Assembly (NCBI GenBank): GCA_037386545.1
Contig: JARRLY010000011.1
Span: 998-64,997 of the forward strand
Length of the DNA: 64,000 bases
Direction: 5' to 3'
Origin: Candidatus Bathyarchaeota archaeon
GTDB taxonomy: Archaea > Thermoproteota > Bathyarchaeia > Bathyarchaeales > Bathyarchaeaceae
How positions within the stretch are numbered: the stretch's first letter is position 1; every line of letters starts with the position of its first letter. Below, one piece after another: positions 45,934 through 55,125 of the stretch. Both the position numbers and the translations under genes were made by a program. The notes under the pieces are model-generated. The model searched no databases. It was not told the origin of the DNA and worked only from the letters and a program-made list of their open reading frames with translations.

Positions 45934-46719
45934 ATGACAAAATTTGTAGCCGTTGTCGGAGGAAAACATTCAGGAAAAACAACCATCATTCAGCATTTAA
46001 TCACTGAACTAAAAAATCGAGGCTACAAAGTCGGAACCATCAAACACATGCCCCGAATACAAACACTAGATTCGCCAGCCCCAGCCCACGACACCTGGAA
46101 ACACAGCCAAGCAGGTGCAGAAATCATTGTAGCGGTTCCCCAAAACGAAACAGTAGTTTTTGTGAAAAAGAAACAAAAACTAAACGACATAGCAAGCTTT
46201 CTTCATGGAACGGATTACGTACTTTTGGAGGGCTTTAGTAACGAAAAAGTATTCCCAAAAATAATCGCAGCAAAAACAGTCCAAGAAGTCAAAGAGTATT
46301 CAGACGGACTCGCAATAGCAGTTTCGGGCCTTATCGCAGACTCAGAAGAGGAAACACAAAAAGCAACCAGCATGAAAGTTCCCATCATCAAAAGCATATC
46401 AGAAGCACAAAAACTAGCAGACAGGGTTGAACAAAAAGCTTTCAACATGCTTCCAGATTTGATTCACTGCGGAGAGTGCGGGTTTGAGTCATGCTATGAG
46501 CTTGCAAAAGCCATGGTTGCAGAGGACCCGAAAACCAAAAACTGTCCATTGTTAACGGGAAAATCCGTGGTTTTGGAAGTTAACGGCAAAAGAGTGCCCA
46601 TCAAAGATTTCCCACGAGAAATGATTACAAATATCGTCATTAGCATGGCGGAGTCCCTTAATGGGGTGGACGATGTTCGCAGTTTAGTGCTAAAAATAGA
46701 AAAGAAGGAACAAAAATAG
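45934..46719 (+). CDS. mobB: MobB-like P-loop protein fused to a C-terminal Cys-rich Fe-S-like domain
   Basis: FVAVVGGKHSGKTTIIQHLI...GTIKHMP...HDTWKH, then CGECGFESCYELAKAMVAEDPKTKNCP (an RnfB-type putative Fe-S motif). Confidence 0.75.
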   Translation: MTKFVAVVGGKHSGKTTIIQHLITELKNRGYKVGTIKHMPRIQTLDSPAPAHDTWKHSQAGAEIIVAVPQNETVVFVKKKQKLNDIASFLHGTDYVLLEGFSNEKVFPKIIAAKTVQEVKEYSDGLAIAVSGLIADSEEETQKATSMKVPIIKSISEAQKLADRVEQKAFNMLPDLIHCGECGFESCYELAKAMVAEDPKTKNCPLLTGKSVVLEVNGKRVPIKDFPREMITNIVISMAESLNGVDDVRSLVLKIEKKEQK

Positions 46720-46877
46720 ATTACCTTCAAAACTAAACCATGCTGCCAAAAAACTAGTTCACACAAAAATGAACAAGCTTAAAGGAAACGCCATTAATGC
46801 ATAATCTATTTTTTTAGTTTTCCTGTGTGCATTTAAGTTCGCTGTTTTTTGATTTAAATTGATTTCATGGCTCAAAC

Positions 46878-47387
46878 CTAGCTGACTTCAAGCAACACTA
46901 CAGCTTTTACCCAGCGAGTTGCATACTCATCTGTACCAATTATAAGGCAAAGCGGACCAGTTCCACCTTCAGAAAGAGGAATTAATGGCTCTCCATCTTT
47001 TTGATAAACTAACATAATCCTTTGATTCGATTGTATTTCATCTTCGAATTTCAAAGTGGTAGCATAGCTGTCTATGGATTGAATAAACACTTCAGAGGCA
47101 TCCTCAGAAACTTTAGCCAATCCTAAAAGGCTTGCAACAGTAACCCCAGTGTAAGTGAAATTTCCTTCATCTTCAACATGCGTAGCAGAATCCAACGTCG
47201 CCTGTATGCTAGAAGAGGGCAAAGCTTCAATCTCACTTAGGGTCAAGTTTAATGGATTGTTTACTTTCCCTCGAATCTGCAATGTGCCTTCTTGTACATC
47301 CGTTGGCCGTGAAAAAAAGTACAAGGGAACTGCAACCGCAACCAGTAAAACAAAAAGTATTGCAGCAGTTTTAGTTCCTTTGTTCAT
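46878..47387 (-). CDS. N-terminally anchored protein with one sulfite-oxidase/YedY-like molybdopterin-oxidoreductase-fold domain (no obvious Mo-ligand Cys)
   Basis: TM anchor AAILFVLLVAVAV, then LQIRGKVNNPLNLTLSEIEALP...YTGVTVASLL...DSYATTL...GEPL...GPLCLIIG...RWVKAVVLLEV. This follows the fold's consensus pattern as I recall it. Confidence 0.45.
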   Translation of the reverse strand: MNKGTKTAAILFVLLVAVAVPLYFFSRPTDVQEGTLQIRGKVNNPLNLTLSEIEALPSSSIQATLDSATHVEDEGNFTYTGVTVASLLGLAKVSEDASEVFIQSIDSYATTLKFEDEIQSNQRIMLVYQKDGEPLIPLSEGGTGPLCLIIGTDEYATRWVKAVVLLEVS

Positions 47388-47401
47388 TGTTTTTCACTCG
47401 T

Positions 47402-48310
47402 TTAGTAGACTTCTATTTGGGCAACCCATCGCACCCAGTATTGGCCCCATTTTAGATCGGGGTCTTCCATGAACAAACGGAAAGGTCGACCGTCCTTAAC
47501 AGTTAAGTAATCGCCGTTTTCCATGTAACCGATAAGCATTCCGTCAACTTGGGCTTGTGTCATGTTGTATTCTTTTGCATATCCGTCGATGGCAGTAATT
47601 TTTATTGTGGTCGCAGATTTAGAAATCCCAGCCATTTCAAGAATATTCCACAAATCGGCTCCAGTCCAATTTGAGGTTCGTTGGGGTTCACCACCCGGAG
47701 CAAAAGCCAATTGCACGGTTTTTGTTTCAAAACCGGTTATGTCTAGTCCAGTTATATTGATTGGGTTTGAAACGTCACCAGTTACTTGAATTGTCCAAAG
47801 TCCTACATTGAGACTGGCAATCTTTTTGATTTGATACGGGCTAGCAAGGGAGGGAGCAATCAACTGAACTGGACCACCAGTTTCTTCGGTCATGTATTCG
47901 CCATCCTTAACAAAGGCCAGAATCATTTTTTCTTCTGGATATTGGGTGCTATTCCATGCTTGGTACAGGTTTACTGTTTTTGCGTAATCATCAGAAGCAG
48001 TTACTTCTACTGGTCCTGCATACCAGCTAACTCCGCTTTGTTCACAAAATTCGGTAAGCAAAACTCCAACATAGGTTGCAGTTTCCCCTTTGATGGTGTG
48101 AGTCACATTCGTTAGGGGCATTTCAGTCATTTCATTAACAGACACAACCGTAGTGGTTGCGCCTTCTCCTGAAACGGTGATTTCCCAGTCGGGGGCGTCT
48201 CCTGAAGGAAGTAAATTGTTTCCAGCAGCAGAAGGCAATAGCAGGTAAGCTCCTGCAGACACTCCGATTATTGCGATAACAATTACAGCTATGATTATTT
48301 TGTTGTTCAT
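47402..48310 (-). CDS. N-terminally anchored protein with two tandem YedY-like domains
   Basis: TM anchor IIIAVIVIAIIGV, then two repeats: ITVSGEG...YVGVLL...DDYAKTV...GGPVQLIAP...KKIASLNV, and IQVTGDVSNP...WTGADLW...DGYAKEY...GRPFRLFM...RWVAQIEV. Confidence 0.45.
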   Translation of the reverse strand: MNNKIIIAVIVIAIIGVSAGAYLLLPSAAGNNLLPSGDAPDWEITVSGEGATTTVVSVNEMTEMPLTNVTHTIKGETATYVGVLLTEFCEQSGVSWYAGPVEVTASDDYAKTVNLYQAWNSTQYPEEKMILAFVKDGEYMTEETGGPVQLIAPSLASPYQIKKIASLNVGLWTIQVTGDVSNPINITGLDITGFETKTVQLAFAPGGEPQRTSNWTGADLWNILEMAGISKSATTIKITAIDGYAKEYNMTQAQVDGMLIGYMENGDYLTVKDGRPFRLFMEDPDLKWGQYWVRWVAQIEVY

Positions 48311-48320
48311 GATTTTTTCC

Positions 48321-48875
48321 TCATAATCCTATTTTTTTGCATTCAACCAGTACCGTGTTTGCGATAAATCCACCCAAACCTCCGCTTATTGCAGCCAAAA
48401 TTAACGAGAATACCAAGGGAACCGTTGGTAAGGCAAGAACTAAAACGCCAACTAATGCTGTTCCTACTACATTTGCAAGGGCAGAAGCTCCAAAACAGCA
48501 GGCCATGCAGCATGCTTTGTGTCGAGTTAAAAACAGGAAAGCGTCGATTGCCAGTCCCGGAGCAAGGTAGATGACAAAGGATAAAATGCCAAAATTTCCA
48601 AAGGGAGATACTAGGCTGATTATCGCTTGAACCAGCGAGATCGTTGTTGCGGCTCCACGTTTTCGCAAAAGCCCATACGCGATTACAGGCCACATCATGT
48701 ACAGTCCTCCAGCCACGGCTCCAGTTGGAAGATATAACGAACCGGTTATCACGCCAACCAGTGGTCTGAGAATGCTTTTTGTTGCCAGACCCAAACTTGC
48801 CAAAAGGGATATGATGGCCAAATCTACTGTTGTTGTTTTTTTAATGTTTGCCTGAAGGGCTTGTTTGTTTTCCAT
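48321..48875 (-). CDS. Polytopic membrane protein, ECF S-component-like
   Basis: About six TM helices, Gly/Ala-rich, with overall similarity in size and pattern to ECF substrate-capture subunits. No ECF A/T genes are nearby. Confidence 0.4.
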   Translation of the reverse strand: MENKQALQANIKKTTTVDLAIISLLASLGLATKSILRPLVGVITGSLYLPTGAVAGGLYMMWPVIAYGLLRKRGAATTISLVQAIISLVSPFGNFGILSFVIYLAPGLAIDAFLFLTRHKACCMACCFGASALANVVGTALVGVLVLALPTVPLVFSLILAAISGGLGGFIANTVLVECKKIGL

Positions 48876-48990
48876 GGAAACCGATGTGCACAACCAAACA
48901 TAACGATAAAAAGTTTACGGTAAAATGATTCCCTTTATTAGTTGCCCAAAAGAAACTGTTTTTCTAGTTCACAGGGAGTTTTGCTAGCCT

Positions 48991-51264
48991 TTGCGTGCCG
49001 AGATACTGGTCAGCGGCATAGTTCAGGGCGTTGGTTTTCGCCCATTCATATACCGAAAAGCAGTAAACAACAGGCTAACAGGCTTCGTGCGAAACAGGGG
49101 CGATGCTGGCGTCAAAATTGTTGTGGAAGGAAAACAATCAGACATCAATCAGTTTCTGAAAGATTTGGAAACAAAAAAACCTGTTTTAGCGCAAATCTAT
49201 AACACCCAAGTAAACTACAAAACACGAGAAGAAGGATTTGCAGACTTCAAGATAACCAAAAGCTCAGGGGCAACTGAACTTTCTGGTTCTGTTATTCCGC
49301 CCGACGTTTCAATTTGTGATGAATGCTTGCAGGAAATACGTGACTCAGAAAACAGGCGTTTCAACTATTTTTTTACAACCTGCACAGACTGCGGACCAAG
49401 ATACACCACAATCACCAGTCTGCCCTACGATCGACCCAACACAACCATGAACCAGTTTCCCATGTGTGAAGCCTGCGCCAAAGAATACACTGACCCGTCA
49501 AATCGCAGATTTCATGCCCAAACAGTTGCCTGCCCAGAGTGTGGACCAAAAGCGTATCTGGTAACAAATATGGGAGAACCAGTCGAGTCTAAAGACCCAA
49601 TCAGGGAAATTGGAAAGCTTTTGGAAGAAGGCAGTGTTGCTGCAATCAAGGGCAATGGAGGTTTTCATGTTGCAACTGCTACTACAAAGCCAGAGCCAGT
49701 AACAAAGTTACGAAAAGACAAACACCGAAAAAACAAACCTTTCGCGGTTATGGTTCCAAATTTGGAAACAGTCAAGTCTTTTGCTGAATTAAACCAATCG
49801 GAGACAGAACTGCTGATGTCTTATCGTAAACCCATTATTTTGCTCAAAAAAAGCCCAAACTATTACCTTTCAGAGCTGGTTTCCCCCCAACTGCACACAG
49901 TGGGCGTTATGCTACCATACACGGGGTTGCATGCAATGCTTTTTGACCAAGTTAAAGAACCCGCCTTTGTAATGACCAGCGCCAACCCGCCCAGCGAACC
50001 CATAGTCACAGACAACAACCAAGCCATACAGAAACTAGGCAAAACAGTTGACTATTTTTTGATGCACAACAGAGCAGTAGCCCAAAGATGCGACGATTCT
50101 GTGGTTCGTTTTCACGATAAAGACCCGTCACTGATTCGTCGTTCCCGAGGATACGCTCCTGAACCGGTTCAGATCAATTTTGTTTCTAACCGCTGTGTTT
50201 TGGCAGTTGGAGGGGAATTAAACGTCACCTCGTGCATACTTTCTCAGAACAGGGCATTTATTTCTCAACACATCGGCGATGTAGAAAACCTAGAAAACCT
50301 GCGTTTTCTTAAAGATTCGATAACTCACATGACCAACTTGACCAACTGCAAAATAGAAACAATAGCATGTGACCTTCATCCCCGATTTACCACAACTAAG
50401 CTGGCTTACGATTTAGCAGCCAATCTGGATTGTCCGGTTGTTCAGGTTCAGCATCATCACACCCATGCCGCAGCGTTAATGGCAGAATGGGGAATCTCAG
50501 AAATTGTTGCAATAACGTGTGATGGCTATGGATATGGTTCTGACGGTTCAGCATGGGGAGGAGAAGTTCTGTATTGCAACAAGGAAAGCTCCCAACGGTT
50601 GGCTCACCTTGAACCCCAACCAATAGTTGGAGGCGACCTCGCAACATATTATCCACTGAGGATTGCCGCAGGAATATTGCACAAAAAAATGGACATTACA
50701 GATTGGCTAATTTCCAATAGCAAACATTTGCCCCATGGAAAAACTGAAGCAAAACTGATAATCAAACAGTTAGAAAAAGGTTCGACCCCAACAACCACCA
50801 GTTGTGGACGAGTGTTAGATGCTGTTTCAGCGTTGCTGGAAATCTGTTATGAGCGCAGTTATGAAGGCGAACCAGCAATGAAATTAGAATCCGTGGCAAC
50901 AAAAGGCAAAGATGTCCTAAAGTTGGTTCCCCGAATCAAGGGTAACGTGTTGGATACCACGGTAATGGTTCATGAAATTTTCAGCAACAAAAACAAGGTT
51001 TCAGTGGCAGATTTGGCGTTTTCTGTTGAATCATATTTGGGCAGAGGCTTGGCTGAGTTAGCTGTTGCTCAAGCAGAGGAACTTAAAGTTAAGGACATTG
51101 GTTTTTCTGGCGGAGTCGCTTACAACGAGCACATAACATCAACTATACGAAAAACAGTAGAAAACGCTGGGTTCAGGTTCTTTGTCCACACTAAAATCCC
51201 TGCAGGAGATGGAGGAACTTCCTTCGGACAAGCAGTAGTTGCAGGTTTACAGAAAAACCAATAG
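48991..51264 (+). CDS. hypF: [NiFe]-hydrogenase maturation carbamoyltransferase HypF
   Basis: Acylphosphatase domain (VSGIVQGVGFRPFIYR), two CxxC-x18-CxxC zinc fingers (CDECLQE...CTDCGPRY; CEACAKEY...CPECGPK), plus YrdC-like and Kae1-like domains. Confidence 0.95.
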   Translation: MRAEILVSGIVQGVGFRPFIYRKAVNNRLTGFVRNRGDAGVKIVVEGKQSDINQFLKDLETKKPVLAQIYNTQVNYKTREEGFADFKITKSSGATELSGSVIPPDVSICDECLQEIRDSENRRFNYFFTTCTDCGPRYTTITSLPYDRPNTTMNQFPMCEACAKEYTDPSNRRFHAQTVACPECGPKAYLVTNMGEPVESKDPIREIGKLLEEGSVAAIKGNGGFHVATATTKPEPVTKLRKDKHRKNKPFAVMVPNLETVKSFAELNQSETELLMSYRKPIILLKKSPNYYLSELVSPQLHTVGVMLPYTGLHAMLFDQVKEPAFVMTSANPPSEPIVTDNNQAIQKLGKTVDYFLMHNRAVAQRCDDSVVRFHDKDPSLIRRSRGYAPEPVQINFVSNRCVLAVGGELNVTSCILSQNRAFISQHIGDVENLENLRFLKDSITHMTNLTNCKIETIACDLHPRFTTTKLAYDLAANLDCPVVQVQHHHTHAAALMAEWGISEIVAITCDGYGYGSDGSAWGGEVLYCNKESSQRLAHLEPQPIVGGDLATYYPLRIAAGILHKKMDITDWLISNSKHLPHGKTEAKLIIKQLEKGSTPTTTSCGRVLDAVSALLEICYERSYEGEPAMKLESVATKGKDVLKLVPRIKGNVLDTTVMVHEIFSNKNKVSVADLAFSVESYLGRGLAELAVAQAEELKVKDIGFSGGVAYNEHITSTIRKTVENAGFRFFVHTKIPAGDGGTSFGQAVVAGLQKNQ

Positions 51265-51346
51265 GTTAAATAAATGGGGTATTCAGTGACTTTTCAGGAT
51301 TACAGAACGTTAGTTTCTGGTTTCTGAACAGTTTAGGGTGAGAAAG

Positions 51347-51565
51347 GTGTGTCTGGCAATTCCGGCAAAGGTTCTTGAAGTTAACGGGAACATTGCCAAG
51401 GTAGATTTTGGGCAAGGAGTCGCCCGAGAAGTAAATGTTATGCTAGTTGACGCCAAAGTAGGAGAATACGTTTTAGTTCATGCAGGATATGCCATCGAAA
51501 AACTAGACCAAAAAGCCGCCCAAGAAAGTCTAGAAACTTGGCGTCAAGTTTTGGAACAAAGTTAA
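51347..51565 (+). CDS. hypC: Hydrogenase assembly chaperone HypC
   Basis: A GTG start gives the canonical N-terminus MCLAIPAKV (essential Cys2). 72 aa. Confidence 0.9.
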   Translation: MCLAIPAKVLEVNGNIAKVDFGQGVAREVNVMLVDAKVGEYVLVHAGYAIEKLDQKAAQESLETWRQVLEQS

Positions 51566-51569
51566 AGAC

Positions 51570-52167
51570 GTGAGCATTTTGACAAAAGACAAACAAGTCA
51601 TAAACGGCAACGAAGTCAGCCTAGAAATTAAGCCCGGAATGAACATTTTGCAAGTCAACAAGGATAATCGAGCAGCTTGTTCAAAAACTCAAACAAAAAT
51701 ATCGAATCGCGGTTTTCAAAGGCGATTTGACCACAACCATAGACGCCGACCGTATCGGAAAGCACGGGGTTCAGGTGGTTACCATAAACACGGGACGAGA
51801 ATGTCACTTGGATGCTCATGTGGTTTTAAAAGCGGTAGAAAAAATCAATGTAGAATCCATTGATTTGCTAATTATCGAAAACGTTGGCAATCTTATCTGC
51901 CCTGCAGAGTTTCCCTTGGGCACAGACAAACGGGTCGTTGTTATTAGCGTCACTGAAGGTCCTTACATGATTTTGAAGCATCCGTTTACGTTCATAAACG
52001 CTGATGTTATGGTCATAAACAAGAAAGATTTAGCCCAAACTATGAAAATTGACATAAAACAACTGCAGAATCAGGCTAAAGAAGTAAAACCAACCATTAA
52101 AGTCGCGGTTACCAACGCTCTTACCGGGGAAGGCGTTGAAGAATTAATCAAGGCACTAGAATTGTAA
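51570..52167 (+). pseudogene. hypB: Hydrogenase nickel-incorporation GTPase HypB, P-loop region missing and frame broken
   Basis: Frame 1 reads ...NILQVNKDNR. Frame 2 continues IIEQLVQKLKQKYRIAVFKGDLTTTIDADRIGKHGVQVVTINTGRECHLDAH...IENVGNLICPAEF. The ~24 aa carrying GxxGSGKT that lie between these in M. jannaschii HypB (from memory) are absent. Confidence 0.75.
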
Positions 52168-52182
52168 TTGAGGTTTTTTAGG

Positions 52183-52584
52183 GTGCATGAATTTTCCATG
52201 GCGACTCAAATCGTGGAAAACGTCTTGGAAGAAGCAAAACGAAATAATGCAAAAAAGGTTGCCGAAGTTCATCTAACTATTGGAAAAATGACGTTTCTGG
52301 GCGTAGACCAGATACGTTTTTCCTACGGTGTTTTAGTAAAGGACACCATAATGAAAGACTCCAAACTAATAATCGAAGAACAAAACGGAGTCATACAATG
52401 CGACAGCTGTGGATTCAAAGGACCGGTCCCTGTCGAAGACGACCCAGCATATCACATTCCAGTTCCAACCCTCAAGTGTCCAAAATGTGGAAAAGAAGCA
52501 AAAATAGTTGAAGGAAAAGAATGCACAATAAAGAGCATAAGAATTCTTAAACCGCAGGAAAAGGACAATGACACTAAACAATAA
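52183..52584 (+). CDS. hypA: Hydrogenase nickel-insertion protein HypA
   Basis: A GTG start gives MHEFSMA (the canonical MHE). Zinc site CDSCG...CPKCG. Confidence 0.85.
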   Translation: MHEFSMATQIVENVLEEAKRNNAKKVAEVHLTIGKMTFLGVDQIRFSYGVLVKDTIMKDSKLIIEEQNGVIQCDSCGFKGPVPVEDDPAYHIPVPTLKCPKCGKEAKIVEGKECTIKSIRILKPQEKDNDTKQ

Positions 52585-53662
52585 TCCTGAAAACTTTCGA
52601 GACCCCCATCTGGCAAAAAAAGCAGCAGAACACATCAAAAAAATTGCACCTGATTATCCAGTAAAGTTTTGTCATGTGTGCGGAACCCACGAATGGACCA
52701 TCACCCATTTTGGCTTAAGGTCCCTTCTTCCAAAAACCGTGGAAGTTATTGCGGGTCCAGGATGCCCAGTTTGTATTCTTCCAGCAGCAGACATCGACGA
52801 AGCAATAGCCCTCGCAGAAAAAGGCGTAACAATCACAAGTTTTGGCGACCTTATCCGAGTGCCAGGCTCAAGTACATCCCTACAAAAAGCCAAAGCCGCA
52901 GGAGCAGACGTACGAATAGTTTACGGGTTACATGATGCAATTCAGATGGCAAAAAAGAATCCAGAAAAGGATTTCGTGTTTTTGGCCGTTGGGTTTGAAA
53001 CCACAACTCCTGCTACTGCTGTTGAAGTGTTCAATGATCCTCCTGAAAACTTTAGTTTTCTTGTTTCTCACAGGGTTATTCCGCCAGCCATGGAATTGCT
53101 TTTGGGAATAGAAGATTTGCAAATTGATGGTTTTATTGCTGCGGGTCATGTTTGCACCATCGCGGGAATGAAACCTTATGAAGTTTTTCCCAAAAAATAT
53201 GGCATGCCTACTGTTGCTGCGGGTTTTGAGCCCTTGGATATTTTGTTTGCAGTTGACATGCTTTTGAAGCAACTGAAAGATGGTGAAGCAAAACTAGAGA
53301 ACGAATACAACAGGGTTGTTTCATGGGAAGGAAATGTTAAGGCTCAAAAACTAGTTGAACAAGTTTTCGACGTTGTAGATGGTCAGTGGCGAGGAATAGG
53401 AAAGATATCCAAATCTGGACTGGTTCTCAAAAAAGGTCTTGAAAAATTTGATGCCCGCAAAAAATATGATTTGCATATTCAAGATTCCAAGGACATTTTG
53501 AAGGGGTGTTTGTGTCATTTGGTTATGGTGGGCAGTATAAGGCCTTCTGAGTGTCCGAGTTACATGACAGAGTGCACTCCAGAGCATCCGAAGGGAGCAT
53601 GTATGGTTTCAAATGAAGGCACGTGTCGTATTTGGGCAAAACATAAAGTGAACTTGAAGTGA
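52568..53662 (+). CDS. hypD: Hydrogenase maturation protein HypD
   Basis: FCHVCGTHEW, GPGCPVCI, GFETT and C-terminal CxxHP-like Cys cluster motifs. Confidence 0.95.
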   Translation: MTLNNNPENFRDPHLAKKAAEHIKKIAPDYPVKFCHVCGTHEWTITHFGLRSLLPKTVEVIAGPGCPVCILPAADIDEAIALAEKGVTITSFGDLIRVPGSSTSLQKAKAAGADVRIVYGLHDAIQMAKKNPEKDFVFLAVGFETTTPATAVEVFNDPPENFSFLVSHRVIPPAMELLLGIEDLQIDGFIAAGHVCTIAGMKPYEVFPKKYGMPTVAAGFEPLDILFAVDMLLKQLKDGEAKLENEYNRVVSWEGNVKAQKLVEQVFDVVDGQWRGIGKISKSGLVLKKGLEKFDARKKYDLHIQDSKDILKGCLCHLVMVGSIRPSECPSYMTECTPEHPKGACMVSNEGTCRIWAKHKVNLK

Positions 53663-53710
53663 ACGAAGGCTTATATCCCGCTGAAAACACAAAATAGGTG
53701 TTCGCCGTTT

Positions 53711-54307
53711 TTGGAAGTGAAAAAATTGAATGTTAACGAGGTTCTTGAACGGTTCAGAATGGCAGAATACCATTACCCTGACGTAATATGGCACGATCTG
53801 CGTTCTGCAAAACTTAAACCTAAACTAACAACAGAACTTGTTAGTTTAACACCAACTGAATTCAAGAAAATGCTACTTAGCAAAATGTTTTTGCCCAATA
53901 CTTTGAGCAAACAATTAGCAGAAACCATAGTTGTAGGAAACGACTTCAACGAAATGAAATTGAAACTTTTTGACCTGTTTTTGGGAGTCGGACATATCAA
54001 ACAAAGAATTCAAACAGTAATGGATTTAGAAGGTTTTGACCCATGCATTACTTCGCAGCTTCTTGCGGCAGTAAAAACCGATGAATACACAATCTATCAC
54101 CAAAACGTAGTAAACGGAATTGAAGATTTCCTCGCACACATCGTTGACTGGGAAATTATTGATCTAAACGTAAAAAACGCTGAAAGCTATCTGGACTTTA
54201 ATGAATTGTGCAAGTCAATCAAAAACAATTTTGGTTTTAGAAGCCTTGGAGAACTGCATGAATTTTTCTGGCATGGACATAGCTCAGGTTGGAACTTCAT
54301 AATTTAA
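53711..54307 (+). CDS. Hypothetical protein (198 aa) embedded in the hyp cluster
   Basis: A clean ORF with helical, non-repetitive composition. No motif recognised. Confidence 0.5.
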   Translation: MEVKKLNVNEVLERFRMAEYHYPDVIWHDLRSAKLKPKLTTELVSLTPTEFKKMLLSKMFLPNTLSKQLAETIVVGNDFNEMKLKLFDLFLGVGHIKQRIQTVMDLEGFDPCITSQLLAAVKTDEYTIYHQNVVNGIEDFLAHIVDWEIIDLNVKNAESYLDFNELCKSIKNNFGFRSLGELHEFFWHGHSSGWNFII

Positions 54308-54371
54308 TTAATGGATCCATCATTTAAATTTGTCACTAATAATTTAAGCTTGAAGTATCATAGTAATATGT

Positions 54372-54686
54372 ATGACAGCTCCAACCATTCGTGCATATGT
54401 TCTAGTTGAACTTATTGCTGGAAAAGAAAAGGAATTTTGTGAAGAAATTCTAGCAAAGGGAGTTATCTTAGATTCTAAAATAGAACGCACCGACTTTGTT
54501 CATGGCACCTATGATTTCATTTGCATGCTTCATGGAGACATGAAAGACATAGACCGCAGAATTATCGAACTGCGAAACTCGCCGTATATACGAAAAACTG
54601 AAACCTTGATTTGTTTTGACATGTTCACATGGGATGAAATAAAAGACGAAGTCGACAAAGAAAAAAGAATAAAATGTGTCGGCTAG
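54372..54686 (+). CDS. Stand-alone Lrp/AsnC-type ligand-binding (RAM) domain protein
   Basis: A 104-aa protein: IRAYVLVELIAGKEKEF...DFVHGTYDFICMLHGDMKDIDRRIIELRNSPYIRKTETLI fits the ferredoxin-like RAM-domain pattern. Confidence 0.6.
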   Translation: MTAPTIRAYVLVELIAGKEKEFCEEILAKGVILDSKIERTDFVHGTYDFICMLHGDMKDIDRRIIELRNSPYIRKTETLICFDMFTWDEIKDEVDKEKRIKCVG

Positions 54687-54716
54687 AAAACTAATACCGA
54701 ACAGTAACTTTACTGG

Positions 54717-55124
54717 TTAAATAGGAAAGAAATCTTCACATCTGTATTGTATTCCATTAGTTTTGCGTCTTTGACTTCGTGGTGTTTTGTTATCTTCAAT
54801 TTTTTTACGAAAAACAAGTAAACTAGAACCGCGAATTTGTGGAGAAGCAAAAATCCCCGAGTTGAGTCTAAGCCCTCGGTGCATGTTAGACCCGTCATGG
54901 ACATCGTGTTTGTCGTGCGTTTGTCTTTCGTCTTTTTGATGGACGCACTCGATGCCTATGCGCATTACACTTTTGGTATTATTCAGCCCTTTAGAAGCAA
55001 AGTCTTTGTCGCATACCAGTCTTCAGCCGTTTCGACCAGTATGCTCTGTTGCTTCAATGCAATACCAGAGCGTGCTCCCCAACTCAGGGATATTATTGTT
55101 TATAAAACCATACCTCAGATTCAC
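54717..55124 (-). pseudogene. Possible degraded ORF downstream of hypE, readable only by switching through three frames
   Basis: A GTG 2 nt after the hypE stop gives MNLRYGFINNNIPELGSTLWYCIEATEHTGRNG then a stop. Next comes EDWYATKTLLLKG then a stop, then LNNTKSVMRIGIECVHQKDERQTHDKHDVHDGSNMHRGLRLNSGIFASPQIRGSSLLVFRKKIE... No family recognised. Confidence 0.2.
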
Positions 55125-55125
55125 T

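Noticed and set aside
48337-48693. Several overlapping ORFs on both strands inside the S-component-like membrane protein gene
   Set aside because: Only the 48321-48875 frame gives a coherent multi-TM protein. The others are GC-skewed shadow frames.
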